The notes below the pieces were generated by a model. The model did no database searches and was not told where the DNA came from. It saw nothing but the letters and a program-made list of their open reading frames with translations. From a virus: a DNA stretch of 64,000 bases. The translations under genes were made by a program, and so were the position numbers. Below, piece after piece: positions 39,063-47,635 of this stretch; position 1 is the first letter of the stretch, and every line of letters begins with the position of its first letter. The DNA lies in the IMG/VR virus record IMGVR_UViG_3300022916_000006, positions 32,001-96,000 of that record, one strand, 5' to 3'.

Positions 39063-39280
39063 AATATTATATAGTATTTTGTGCATTATATAAACACCTA
39101 ATAAACGGTGATAATATGGACTGGTATGTGTGGCAAAATGCACATCATAATCCAGAAGTATTCAACTCTAAAGAGGACGCACTTATGTACATTAATATGT
39201 TTGATTATTTAAAGCAACATTATGCTAGTGGTAAAATGAAGATAGTAGATGAAAATGTAGTAGTAGCATATATGTTATGA
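39059..39280 (+). CDS. MKYY..ELVAYLL-family small protein, unit 37
   Basis: MKYYIV / VDENVVVAYML. Confidence 0.85.
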   Translation: MKYYIVFCALYKHLINGDNMDWYVWQNAHHNPEVFNSKEDALMYINMFDYLKQHYASGKMKIVDENVVVAYML

Positions 39281-39495
39281 AATATTATATAATAGCATAT
39301 ACAGATTATAAAAAATATATACATTTTAAAGGTAAACCAACTTATGGATATTGGACTAGAAATTTAGATCATGCTGAAACATATAAAACAAGACAAATTG
39401 GAGAAGATATCATTAAATTTCAACGGAAAAGAATGTTAACAACATATACAATTAAAGTATTATCAGAAAACGAACTAATACCATATCTCTTATGA
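39277..39495 (+). CDS. MKYY..ELVAYLL-family small protein, unit 38
   Basis: MKYYII / LSENELIPYLL. Confidence 0.85.
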   Translation: MKYYIIAYTDYKKYIHFKGKPTYGYWTRNLDHAETYKTRQIGEDIIKFQRKRMLTTYTIKVLSENELIPYLL

Positions 39496-39716
39496 AATAT
39501 TATTATATAATTCAATGTACTAATAGAGACGATACTAATTGTAATAAATATGCGGCCACTAACGAGTCTGATGATACATATACTACAAATTATAATCATA
39601 TGTTAATATTTGATTCTCGTAAATTAGCTAAACAAGATATAAAAGAATATGGTGATGAAACTATTGAAAGAGTTAGTAGAATATCAGAAGCAGAACTAAT
39701 GACATATCTATTATGA
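39492..39716 (+). CDS. MKYY..ELVAYLL-family small protein, unit 39
   Basis: MKYYYII / ISEAELMTYLL. Confidence 0.85.
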   Translation: MKYYYIIQCTNRDDTNCNKYAATNESDDTYTTNYNHMLIFDSRKLAKQDIKEYGDETIERVSRISEAELMTYLL

Positions 39717-39925
39717 AACATATGAAATATTATCTATATGATTCAACAGCTCCCAATTATATATATGGTGGAATAAATAATCATTGGAGTAGTGAGGTAT
39801 CAAATGTAACCCCATATGATACTTATGGTGAAGCATTATATACTTATAATAGATATTGGAATACTGATAAGTATAAACATATAAAAATAGTAACAGAGAA
39901 TGAACTAGTAGCATATCTATTATGA
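39713..39925 (+). CDS. MKYY..ELVAYLL-family small protein, unit 40
   Basis: MKHMKYYLY / VTENELVAYLL. Confidence 0.85.
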   Translation: MKHMKYYLYDSTAPNYIYGGINNHWSSEVSNVTPYDTYGEALYTYNRYWNTDKYKHIKIVTENELVAYLL

Positions 39926-40107
39926 GATATTACGTATGGCATATTAAAACAAATGAATTATATCATGTCCTTGAAAATAATATATATCTATCAAGAGAAG
40001 AAGCTATGGTAGGTGTTACAAATTATATGGCTGACTGGAGAACAATTATATCAGTAGATGATGTAATAATATTAAATGAAAATGAATACATAGCTTATAT
40101 ATTATGA
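39922..40107 (+). CDS. MKYY..ELVAYLL-family small protein, unit 41
   Basis: MRYYVW / LNENEYIAYIL. Confidence 0.85.
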   Translation: MRYYVWHIKTNELYHVLENNIYLSREEAMVGVTNYMADWRTIISVDDVIILNENEYIAYIL

Positions 40108-40364
40108 AAGAAAATCACAAATATTATTTAATAGCAACCGATAAACAGTCTGAAGTGGTATACGTATATTACATTAACAATACTCGTACTTACAGCAGTA
40201 CCAATTGGATAAATATAAAAACTATTAATGAAAGTAAAATCATAACTGAAAATGAGATATCATTGAGTGATCTCAAAAAAGAATTAAAATCACAAAAACA
40301 TAATCTAAACTCATTTAATTTTAAAATAATAACAGAGAATGAACTAATAGCCTATATATTATGA
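40104..40364 (+). CDS. MKYY..ELVAYLL-family small protein, unit 42
   Basis: MKENHKYYLI / ITENELIAYIL. Confidence 0.85.
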   Translation: MKENHKYYLIATDKQSEVVYVYYINNTRTYSSTNWINIKTINESKIITENEISLSDLKKELKSQKHNLNSFNFKIITENELIAYIL

Positions 40365-40576
40365 AATATTATATATTAGATAAAAGAGATGATGAATATG
40401 TACATAAAAATCGTGGTACACTAGGAACTCCAGGAAACAGGTGGACAACAAATATAATCAATGCTATAACATTTAATAATAAAGTAGATGCAACTGAATA
40501 TTATCATACAGTATTATTTACAAGTAAATATTATAGAGTAGTATCAGAAACAGAACTAATAGCACGTTTATTATGA
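40361..40576 (+). CDS. MKYY..ELVAYLL-family small protein, unit 43
   Basis: MKYYIL / VSETELIARLL. Confidence 0.85.
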   Translation: MKYYILDKRDDEYVHKNRGTLGTPGNRWTTNIINAITFNNKVDATEYYHTVLFTSKYYRVVSETELIARLL

Positions 40577-40800
40577 AATATTATATAATATATTCTTACT
40601 TACGTGATATGAGTACATATATTCCTTGGATTGAGATATTAGAAGGTGATCTCACATATACTAGAACTCCAATGATATTTAAAACAAAAAAGAAAGCCAT
40701 AAAATATATCAATGATGAGACAGTAATATTAAAACAATATTATAAAAGAGGACAGGTAAAAGTAGTAGATGAAAATGAATACATAGCCTATATATTATGA
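40573..40800 (+). CDS. MKYY..ELVAYLL-family small protein, unit 44
   Basis: MKYYII / VDENEYIAYIL. Confidence 0.85.
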   Translation: MKYYIIYSYLRDMSTYIPWIEILEGDLTYTRTPMIFKTKKKAIKYINDETVILKQYYKRGQVKVVDENEYIAYIL

Positions 40801-41051
40801 AACATATGAAATATTATATATATGATAGAGGAGATATAAGTTTTCCATTTAGAGGTAAAACTGGTTGGTATGATAAAGACTATCAACATTTAAGTGAAAT
40901 ATTACCATATGATTCATACGAAGAAGCAAGACAATATATTCAAGATGCTCCATATGTATTAGATATCTCATTTAGTAGAATATTACGTCGAAGTGAAATA
41001 AAAAGATTAAGCGTAATATCAGAATCAGAATTAATAATAATAATGTTATGA
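40797..41051 (+). CDS. MKYY..ELVAYLL-family small protein, unit 45
   Basis: MKHMKYYIY / ISESELIIIML. Confidence 0.85.
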   Translation: MKHMKYYIYDRGDISFPFRGKTGWYDKDYQHLSEILPYDSYEEARQYIQDAPYVLDISFSRILRRSEIKRLSVISESELIIIML

Positions 41052-41167
41052 GAAGAAGAAGCACATATGAAAAGATTTCAATTTTAAGTATAATTTTAAG
41101 TACGATTCATGCAATTCGTATGATTGTTATGATTATGATGATCATTATCTTCATACGTGGTCCTTAA
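41048..41167 (+). CDS. possible 39-aa hydrophobic peptide (not in ORF track)
   Basis: MRRRSTYEKISILSIILSTIHAIRMIVMIMMIIIFIRGP, coupled by TTATGA to unit 45. Confidence 0.35.
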   Translation: MRRRSTYEKISILSIILSTIHAIRMIVMIMMIIIFIRGP

Positions 41168-41415
41168 CCAAAGCACCCTAGAACGAACAGAATGACACCA
41201 AATCAGAGACTTTATATGATGGGTGTCATAATATGTGACATTTTCTTATTCGATAACATATATCATATGAAATATCATGAATATGCACTAAAGTATATGC
41301 AGTTGTACAACTGAACCGTACAACTGATTATACTATATATACATACTGGTGTATAGAGATAATGATATGTTGTTTTTGGGGGAGCTGGTGTAATCCACTA
41401 ACCAAATACATCGAC

Positions 41416-41468
41416 AACCAAAGAATATTTGGTGAAACAGCCCAAAAACCAAAGAATATTTGGTGAAA
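41416..41468. repeat. two 22-bp direct repeats with palindromic core
   Basis: AACCAAAGAATATTTGGTGAAA at 41416 and 41447 (ACCAAA-N5-TTTGGT). Confidence 0.85.
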
Positions 41469-41607
41469 TCAACCAAAACAACATAATATTCTGTTTTGAA
41501 GATACTTTTGAATAGTTCTTGCATCATATTGACTATTCTTCGTAACTTATGGTGTGATCTGAGCCAATTTATTCCATCTCTCTACCCATGAAAATGAATG
41601 ATTTGGA

Positions 41608-41716
41608 AGAAAACACTTGTTTTATGTAGCAAAATAGTCTTAAATTACTGGTAGAAGCCAGTTTTCCCATAAAATAAATAAGAAAACACTTGTTTTATGT
41701 AGCAAAATAGTCTTAA
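41608..41716 (+). repeat. 36-bp exact direct repeat (duplicated promoter)
   Basis: AGAAAACACTTGTTTTATGTAGCAAAATAGTCTTAA at 41608-41643 and 41681-41716. Confidence 0.9.
41617..41646 (+). promoter_or_regulatory. early-type promoter
   Basis: TTGTTT-N18-TAAATT. Confidence 0.7.
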
Positions 41717-41719
41717 TTT
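41690..41719 (+). promoter_or_regulatory. early-type promoter
   Basis: TTGTTT-N18-TAATTT. Confidence 0.7.
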
Positions 41720-41833
41720 ATGGGGGGCTCCCAGATTTGAACGCCTGGGTACGGAATATCAACAATATTATGAAGAAACACCGCGCCCACCAGTAGTGAA
41801 AATGAATGATTTTGAAGAAAAGTAGGAAAGTTC

Positions 41834-41863
41834 TTGCATTGTACATTGGAATAGTTCTAACTT
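41834..41863 (+). promoter_or_regulatory. early-type promoter
   Basis: TTGCAT-N18-TAACTT then TAAGCAGTTATGAGACAC. Confidence 0.75.
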
Positions 41864-41902
41864 TAAGCAGTTATGAGACACACAAACAAAGGAACTAAGC
41901 AC

Positions 41903-42064
41903 ATGAATATCACAAGAATTAACGATCTAATTGACACCAAGACTGATTCAATCGTAAATACACTATTAGTTCTATTAGTTATTATGATTGGAGTTGGTGG
42001 AGTTAGTCTTTTATTGGGACTTTCATTCATTTCTACACTTTTATTAAATTCAACATCATCATAA
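41903..42064 (+). CDS. small membrane protein
   Basis: Start after AAGGAACTAAGCACATG; hydrophobic LLVLLVIMIGVGGVSLLLGLSFI. Confidence 0.55.
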   Translation: MNITRINDLIDTKTDSIVNTLLVLLVIMIGVGGVSLLLGLSFISTLLLNSTSS

Positions 42065-42085
42065 ATAAAGAAAATAGGAGCACAC

Positions 42086-42478
42086 ATGTCAATCACTAAA
42101 ATGAACGGATCAGCACTTAGACTTATTAGAGAACGAATCAATCAAGCACTTGAATCGTTGGGTGAAGAGTTAAATGTATCGTTTGCAACTGGAAATGCTA
42201 GATATACTCCAGATAGTGCAACTTTTAAATTAAATGTATCAATCATTGATTCTGGTGGAGTAGCACTTAGACCAGAAGTTACTGACTTTAATATATACGC
42301 CAGTAGATATGGACTCAAACCAAGTGATCTTGGTAGAAAATTTAGAACGTATAGTGGTTTATATGAAATAACTGGTTGCAGACCACGTAGTCCAAAGTAT
42401 CCTATCTTGGGCAAAGATGTTAATTCTGGTAAAACGTTCAAGTTTGCACCACATTCAATTAAACACAATTTAATATAA
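42086..42478 (+). CDS. phage hypothetical protein
   Basis: AGGAGCACACATG start; YGLKPSDLGRKF...YEITG...KYPI. Confidence 0.7.
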   Translation: MSITKMNGSALRLIRERINQALESLGEELNVSFATGNARYTPDSATFKLNVSIIDSGGVALRPEVTDFNIYASRYGLKPSDLGRKFRTYSGLYEITGCRPRSPKYPILGKDVNSGKTFKFAPHSIKHNLI

Positions 42479-42493
42479 ATTAAGGATCACCAC

Positions 42494-42928
42494 ATGTCAA
42501 ACAACAAACCAGAATTTGATCGAATGTGTGAGGGCACTCTTATAGCTGTTAACACTCATCCTCAACTAGTCGAAGCTATGACAAATGCTATGACTCAAGT
42601 TATGACAGGCACAGTGTGTGATACAGACACAGTGCCCGAAGTGCGTAGAGGTGATAATGGTGAATTGTTGATATCAAATTTCTTATATAAAGTTTCATTT
42701 CATACAGATGAAATTGAACAAGCAATCAAAGATTGGTGTGGGGCAATAAATGACGAATCTACCAAATTGGAAATGGCTACATTTATAGTAGAATCAAGCC
42801 CAAAGGTGGAAATGCGTAATGCTCAAACTGATGAAGAAAAGATTGCAGTATTGATAAAAACACAATCAGAGTCAGAGTTAAGATCACTCTGTGGAACTAT
42901 CCAAAAGATATGGAGTACTAATAAATGA
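42494..42928 (+). CDS. hypothetical protein
   Basis: AAGGATCACCACATG start; 144 aa. Confidence 0.65.
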   Translation: MSNNKPEFDRMCEGTLIAVNTHPQLVEAMTNAMTQVMTGTVCDTDTVPEVRRGDNGELLISNFLYKVSFHTDEIEQAIKDWCGAINDESTKLEMATFIVESSPKVEMRNAQTDEEKIAVLIKTQSESELRSLCGTIQKIWSTNK

Positions 42929-43299
42929 ATGTTAAAGACCTAACAACACTAGAACTAGCTACCACAATTGCTGGTGCAATGAACAGAGTATTTCAACGCA
43001 TCAATGAAGGTATGGGAAGCCCACCTGATGTAGATGTACCAGAAATAATGGTAGATGAACTTCTTGATGTCAAGTCACGAGATGAACTGGAAGCTATGTA
43101 TAAAGAAGCTGTGAAGGTTGAAGAGACAATGGAAAGATTCCGTGGTAGTAAAGGTATATCATTGAGTGAACCATTTAAGAATATACCATTACCACCAAGT
43201 ACTGATCTGATCGACGAGAATGATGATCCTACGAAGGTTTATTCAGTGCGTGACATAAGAGCCCACTATCCATCTTTCTCAACAGATGAGATGAATTGA
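42925..43299 (+). CDS. hypothetical protein
   Basis: ATGA-coupled 124-aa ORF. Confidence 0.6.
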   Translation: MNVKDLTTLELATTIAGAMNRVFQRINEGMGSPPDVDVPEIMVDELLDVKSRDELEAMYKEAVKVEETMERFRGSKGISLSEPFKNIPLPPSTDLIDENDDPTKVYSVRDIRAHYPSFSTDEMN

Positions 43300-43300
43300 T

Positions 43301-43540
43301 ATGGATATATTATTTATTGATAGATATAATAATATGCGTATAATATATAATACTAATATTTTACCTAGACATGGTGATAGAATAGATATGTTTGATTACA
43401 TACCATGTCCTGTGGTAAATGAAGTATTATTATATCCTACACTTGATACGCTGAAAGGTGTACATGCAGAAGATTTGAAGAAAAATCCTAATTATCCTAT
43501 AACAATGGTAGATGCAATTATATATGTGAGGCATGCTTAA
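43301..43540 (+). CDS. hypothetical protein
   Basis: 79-aa ORF in operon. Confidence 0.55.
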   Translation: MDILFIDRYNNMRIIYNTNILPRHGDRIDMFDYIPCPVVNEVLLYPTLDTLKGVHAEDLKKNPNYPITMVDAIIYVRHA

Positions 43541-43541
43541 T

Positions 43542-43835
43542 ATGAAATCAAATTGGGATAAATTTAAACTATTACTTAGCACAGTTGAATCTGCTAAGAT
43601 TGCATTATTTGTGATTAGTCTAATACTATATATAATCATACTTAGTGTACTTTCAGTTATTCTGGATTCGGTGTTGGTTTTTGTTATGGGTATTATATTG
43701 TTCTTTGTATATTACATCGCTGGAATATACTTTTGGATGCTGTCAGAACATGAAAAAAGTAAGATGTTTCTAAAAACACGCAAGCAATATAAAGAATTTA
43801 AATCTAAATTAAATGATAAGGAAAACACATTATGA
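43542..43835 (+). CDS. membrane protein
   Basis: Two hydrophobic helices. Confidence 0.6.
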   Translation: MKSNWDKFKLLLSTVESAKIALFVISLILYIIILSVLSVILDSVLVFVMGIILFFVYYIAGIYFWMLSEHEKSKMFLKTRKQYKEFKSKLNDKENTL

Positions 43836-44065
43836 ACGCATATCAAAAAGTAGAAGTACGCAATGGCATCATACAAGGAATCATGTTATTATTATATGGT
43901 ATGTTGTTAGCATATTTAAACATTGGGTTCTGGTCATTCACAATCATATACGTTGCAACAATGGTAATATCCACACATGGATATGTCACAGGTGTGAAAG
44001 AACAAAGAGCCAATGCAGAGTGTGACAACAAAGATTTATTAAAACTATGGGGTAAGAACTCATAA
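43832..44065 (+). CDS. membrane protein
   Basis: Two hydrophobic helices; AAGGA upstream. Confidence 0.6.
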   Translation: MNAYQKVEVRNGIIQGIMLLLYGMLLAYLNIGFWSFTIIYVATMVISTHGYVTGVKEQRANAECDNKDLLKLWGKNS

Positions 44066-44189
44066 AGAACAAACAATTTTGTGGCAATGATCATGTGTGT
44101 GAAAGCAAGTGGTTCGATGAGTTTTTCCAAAATGTTAATTAATTGGCTCATCAATGAACTACTTGCTTTTTTCAATATAAGATGATGGT

Positions 44190-44456
44190 GTGAAGTACTA
44201 CATATTATCATCTGATAAGAGTTTAATATTGCATCAGCATAAAAGTGAAGTCGATAATAAATGGTGGGAATCTATAGATTGGACTCATGGTGGATATTAT
44301 GCTACTACAAGGGGTGGTCATACCTATAAGAGTTATGAACTAATGGCATTTGAATCACGAGAAGAAGCTGAAAAAATTATAAACAATCGTAAGTATGGTA
44401 CAGATCGAGATGATGAAGTTTTATCAGAAGCAGAAGTAGTGGCAATGATGTTATGA
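44190..44456 (+). CDS. MKYY..ELVAYLL-family small protein, unit 46
   Basis: (GTG)MKYYIL / LSEAEVVAMML. Confidence 0.85.
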   Translation: MKYYILSSDKSLILHQHKSEVDNKWWESIDWTHGGYYATTRGGHTYKSYELMAFESREEAEKIINNRKYGTDRDDEVLSEAEVVAMML

Positions 44457-44716
44457 AATGTTATCTATTAGCAATCCCAAAGACAAGCTTTAAAAAAGGT
44501 AAAGATTCAATGTGGTATTGTGGAGCTGTACAATATATAGGTCCTCTAACATATAACTTACATGGATGGATTGAAGACGTTGACGATGCTAAAATGATAC
44601 CATCAAAGACTATGGCTAGAAAGATAATAAAAGATAGTAAAACTCATGGAGACAATGAAAGTGGATATAATTATAGAATAGTACCAGTCTCTGAAGTAGT
44701 AGCTAGGCTTCTATAA
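44453..44716 (+). CDS. MKYY..ELVAYLL-family small protein, unit 47
   Basis: MKCYLL / VPVSEVVARLL. Confidence 0.8.
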   Translation: MKCYLLAIPKTSFKKGKDSMWYCGAVQYIGPLTYNLHGWIEDVDDAKMIPSKTMARKIIKDSKTHGDNESGYNYRIVPVSEVVARLL

Positions 44717-44743
44717 TGGTAGCATAGAGGGCTTATAATCATC

Positions 44744-45001
44744 ATGAAGTGGTACATAGTCAACACAAAATTTTTAACACAGAAGAATGGTAAAGAATAT
44801 AAAACATTCGAAATATATATACATACAAGACCATCAGGCACTGAATGGAGAGGAGCATATAAAGAACTCAATATAGACTATGAGAAGGACTGTTCATTCA
44901 AGACAGAAGTAGAGGCAACATTTGCAATGAATAATAGTGATAAACAACTAACTACTGATAGAGTAATATCAGAAGATGAACTAGTAATATTGATATTATG
45001 A
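44744..45001 (+). CDS. MKYY..ELVAYLL-family small protein, unit 48
   Basis: MKWYIV / ISEDELVILIL. Confidence 0.85.
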   Translation: MKWYIVNTKFLTQKNGKEYKTFEIYIHTRPSGTEWRGAYKELNIDYEKDCSFKTEVEATFAMNNSDKQLTTDRVISEDELVILIL

Positions 45002-45008
45002 AGTACAT

Positions 45009-45221
45009 ATGAAACGTTATTATATATACGATTGTGATGATAATATATTTCCATATTTTGGTATTAATGGATGGTGTATAATAGCACAAGAAAAGATTAA
45101 ACCATTTGAGTCATATAAAAAAGCACATAATGCATTGGAAATGATATTACATGGAGTAGGTAGAAATCGCAAACATTATAAGATAGTATCAGAAGATGAG
45201 CTGATAATATTACTATTATAA
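45009..45221 (+). CDS. MKYY..ELVAYLL-family small protein, unit 49
   Basis: MKRYYIY / VSEDELIILLL. Confidence 0.85.
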   Translation: MKRYYIYDCDDNIFPYFGINGWCIIAQEKIKPFESYKKAHNALEMILHGVGRNRKHYKIVSEDELIILLL

Positions 45222-45238
45222 GAAAGAAAACAAAACAC

Positions 45239-45268
45239 TTGTTCCATATAAGGAAAGAGTCGTAATTT
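45239..45268 (+). promoter_or_regulatory. early-type promoter
   Basis: TTGTTC-N18-TAATTT. Confidence 0.65.
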
Positions 45269-45316
45269 ATAGGCTAAACCCAGATGCACATATGCTAATA
45301 TAAGCAAAGATAAGTG

Positions 45317-45346
45317 TTGCATCGTATACGGAACTATTCGTAATTT
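45317..45346 (+). promoter_or_regulatory. early-type promoter
   Basis: TTGCAT-N18-TAATTT. Confidence 0.7.
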
Positions 45347-45502
45347 ACGTGCTAGGGTGGTTTGCATATTTGGGCCACAAAGATAACACTTGCATCACAT
45401 AACAAAAGAGTCGTGCAACGCATAATTTATGGGCTATGCCCATCTTCATTTGGTTGTTCGAGCTTTTTTATTGTGTTTTTGGGTGCGTCGAGTCTCCACA
45501 CG

Positions 45503-45641
45503 AATTTTTCACCAAAAATCATATGTCAACTTTTTTTTATGATGAAGACTACCACACTCCATAATTTTTCACCAAAAATCATATGATCGAAGATTCAACT
45601 TTTTTTCTGATATGATGAAGACTACCACACTCCATAATTTT
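45503..45641. repeat. imperfect 60-73-bp tandem repeat in non-coding DNA
   Basis: AATTTTTCACCAAAAATCATATG at 45503 and 45563; ATGATGAAGACTACCACACTCCATAATTTT at 45539 and 45612. Confidence 0.85.
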
Positions 45642-45714
45642 CCAACAAAAAACAGATATGAGGATATTCCCCATATGCCCCATATGCTCAAAAAATTTCC
45701 ATAAGAAAAAACAG

Positions 45715-45744
45715 TTGCATCATATCATATTTTGATTTTAAATT
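45715..45744 (+). promoter_or_regulatory. early-type promoter
   Basis: TTGCAT-N18-TAAATT. Confidence 0.7.
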
Positions 45745-45782
45745 TCAATGTGTTAAGAATGAACAAAAGAAAAGGAAAACGG

Positions 45783-46142
45783 ATGAACAAATATTTGGTA
45801 ACAATCGAGTTTAGATTCTCAGTTACACCAAAGCATGATGATGATTTTACCAGCAAAACAAAGAAAATAACAATTGGTGTTTATGACGATCTGAAGAGTG
45901 CTTGTGATAATGGCAATAAAAACTTAAAGGTGCTTGAGTCTAAATTTGAACTAAATCCCAACTACAATAATAAAGAACAAAGATTCAGTGCTAATGGTGG
46001 TTGTTTTAATATTCCAATAACTTTGGTTACACATCTAGGATATCTACTAACACCTTTTGAGTTTTATGCCAAAATAACAACATTGAATTTTGAGTCAACT
46101 GAGAATGCCATAAACGAAGTTGTGGATGCAATAAACGATTGA
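45783..46142 (+). CDS. hypothetical protein
   Basis: Start after AAGGAAAACGG; MNKYLVTIEFRF. Confidence 0.65.
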   Translation: MNKYLVTIEFRFSVTPKHDDDFTSKTKKITIGVYDDLKSACDNGNKNLKVLESKFELNPNYNNKEQRFSANGGCFNIPITLVTHLGYLLTPFEFYAKITTLNFESTENAINEVVDAIND

Positions 46143-46429
46143 AATATCACATTGTATATTTAATTACAGCAAAACACTTTGGAAAGCCACATGGTAGGCT
46201 ATCATTCTATTTGAAAAACAATACGTGGAGTACGGTGCTAAGTCGTACTTATCGAGAGTTGGGGTTTCAAGCAGTTGCATCCTTCGACACACGAGATGAG
46301 GCTACCACTAAAATGAAAACGTTATATTCCACACATAGGGTTAAAAATGGTAGAGCTCAAACATTGGTGGTGCGAACTGATGAGATTGAGTCAATGCAGG
46401 ATGCGTTGTCTGTGATGATCCAATTGTGA
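46139..46429 (+). CDS. MKYY..ELVAYLL-family small protein, unit 50 (long-tail type)
   Basis: (TTG)MKYHIV / TDEIESMQDALSVMIQL; paralog of unit 54. Confidence 0.75.
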   Translation: MKYHIVYLITAKHFGKPHGRLSFYLKNNTWSTVLSRTYRELGFQAVASFDTRDEATTKMKTLYSTHRVKNGRAQTLVVRTDEIESMQDALSVMIQL

Positions 46430-46444
46430 TGTGAAAAAAAGTCT

Positions 46445-46473
46445 TTGTTTATATTATATTATGGTTTTAAATT
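46445..46473 (+). promoter_or_regulatory. early-type promoter
   Basis: TTGTTT-N17-TAAATT. Confidence 0.65.
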
Positions 46474-46519
46474 TCAATCATGAGACAAGAGAAAGAAAAC
46501 AAAAAAGGAACACACACAT

Positions 46520-46582
46520 GTGTTTGCATCACATGAAGTTAGAGAAATATCAGAATCTGAATTGATTGCACTATTGATATGA
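46520..46582 (+). pseudogene. orphan C-terminal half of an array unit (VFASHEVREISESELIALLI*)
   Basis: Only the family C-terminal motif remains, directly behind a promoter leader. Confidence 0.7.
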
Positions 46583-46875
46583 AATATTACATAATACGAA
46601 ACATGAATATAAAAAAAAGAAGTAAACGTAATCGCACTACTTACGTGTACGATACTGGCAAAGTAGATAATGGTGCTCGTAATATTCATGGTTTAGTAAA
46701 TGAATTCAGAGCATATGATAATATTAATTATGCCACCACATATGATAATAGACAAGAACCACAAAATATTATTAAACTAGGAAAACTATATAGTGGTAGT
46801 GACACTTGGTGGAATGATGCTGAAGTATTATCAGAAGCACAACTTAAAGCATATATGGTTATATTAGAATTGTGA
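46579..46875 (+). CDS. MKYY..ELVAYLL-family small protein, unit 51 (long-tail type)
   Basis: MKYYII / SEAQLKAYMVILEL. Confidence 0.8.
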   Translation: MKYYIIRNMNIKKRSKRNRTTYVYDTGKVDNGARNIHGLVNEFRAYDNINYATTYDNRQEPQNIIKLGKLYSGSDTWWNDAEVLSEAQLKAYMVILEL

Positions 46876-47102
46876 AACGATATTTGATAATTGATCCACT
46901 TGATAATACATATATACTTAAAGATACGAGTGCTATATGGGGAAGATCAGTGGATGATGCCGCCTCATTTGATACTAAAGAAGAAGCTAAAATATATTTA
47001 AAAAAAATAATATATAAATATGTAGTGCGAAATCAATGTGAACCTGTTATGAAAAGACATATCATTTTAACAGAACCAGAATTAATTGTGAGGATGTTAT
47101 GA
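46872..47102 (+). CDS. MKYY..ELVAYLL-family small protein, unit 52
   Basis: MKRYLI / LTEPELIVRML. Confidence 0.85.
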   Translation: MKRYLIIDPLDNTYILKDTSAIWGRSVDDAASFDTKEEAKIYLKKIIYKYVVRNQCEPVMKRHIILTEPELIVRML

Positions 47103-47320
47103 AATTTTATTACGTAGTTGTTTTAAAGTTATCAGCGACACCATATCACAATGCATATTTAGATCGTTATGGGATGTGGCATAGGACCTTGGATGATGAT
47201 TGTAGATTTTCAAAAAAATATGATGCCATAAGTGTTTGTAAAGAACGTTGGTCCATCGCCTGGCATGAGGGTAGAATTGACATCATAACAGAACCAGAAT
47301 TAATTGCGAGGATGTTATGA
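47099..47320 (+). CDS. MKYY..ELVAYLL-family small protein, unit 53
   Basis: MKFYYVV / ITEPELIARML. Confidence 0.85.
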   Translation: MKFYYVVVLKLSATPYHNAYLDRYGMWHRTLDDDCRFSKKYDAISVCKERWSIAWHEGRIDIITEPELIARML

Positions 47321-47634
47321 ATAATAATAATAATAATAATATGAAGTTTCATATAGTACAAGCAGTTTCAATGATATGGGAACACGCCCCATGTGGAATA
47401 GTGTTATATTATTTAGCAGAAGATGCATGGATGGTCGAATATTCATTGTTGAAGGACAGTGGATGTTTGATTGCATCGTTTGATTCGCACAATGAAGCTA
47501 CCGATAAAATGGAATCATTGAAAAATCATGGACATATTTTTAAGACAAATGATTCCACGTCACAAATGATGGTGGTGCAAACTGATGAACTTGCTACAAT
47601 GAAAGATTCATTGGATGTGATGGTTAAATTGTGA
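47317..47634 (+). CDS. MKYY..ELVAYLL-family small protein, unit 54 (long-tail type, (AAT)7 leader)
   Basis: MNNNNNNNMKFHIV / TDELATMKDSLDVMVKL. Confidence 0.75.
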   Translation: MNNNNNNNMKFHIVQAVSMIWEHAPCGIVLYYLAEDAWMVEYSLLKDSGCLIASFDSHNEATDKMESLKNHGHIFKTNDSTSQMMVVQTDELATMKDSLDVMVKL

Positions 47635-47635
47635 T

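Noticed and set aside
41721-41788. Canonical tRNA gene
   Set aside because: No D-arm, imperfect T-stem register and only 4 acceptor pairs; kept only as a low-interest finding.
45390-45419. Functional promoter
   Set aside because: The upstream box and spacer match the family, but the downstream box is TGCAAC; probably a decayed copy.
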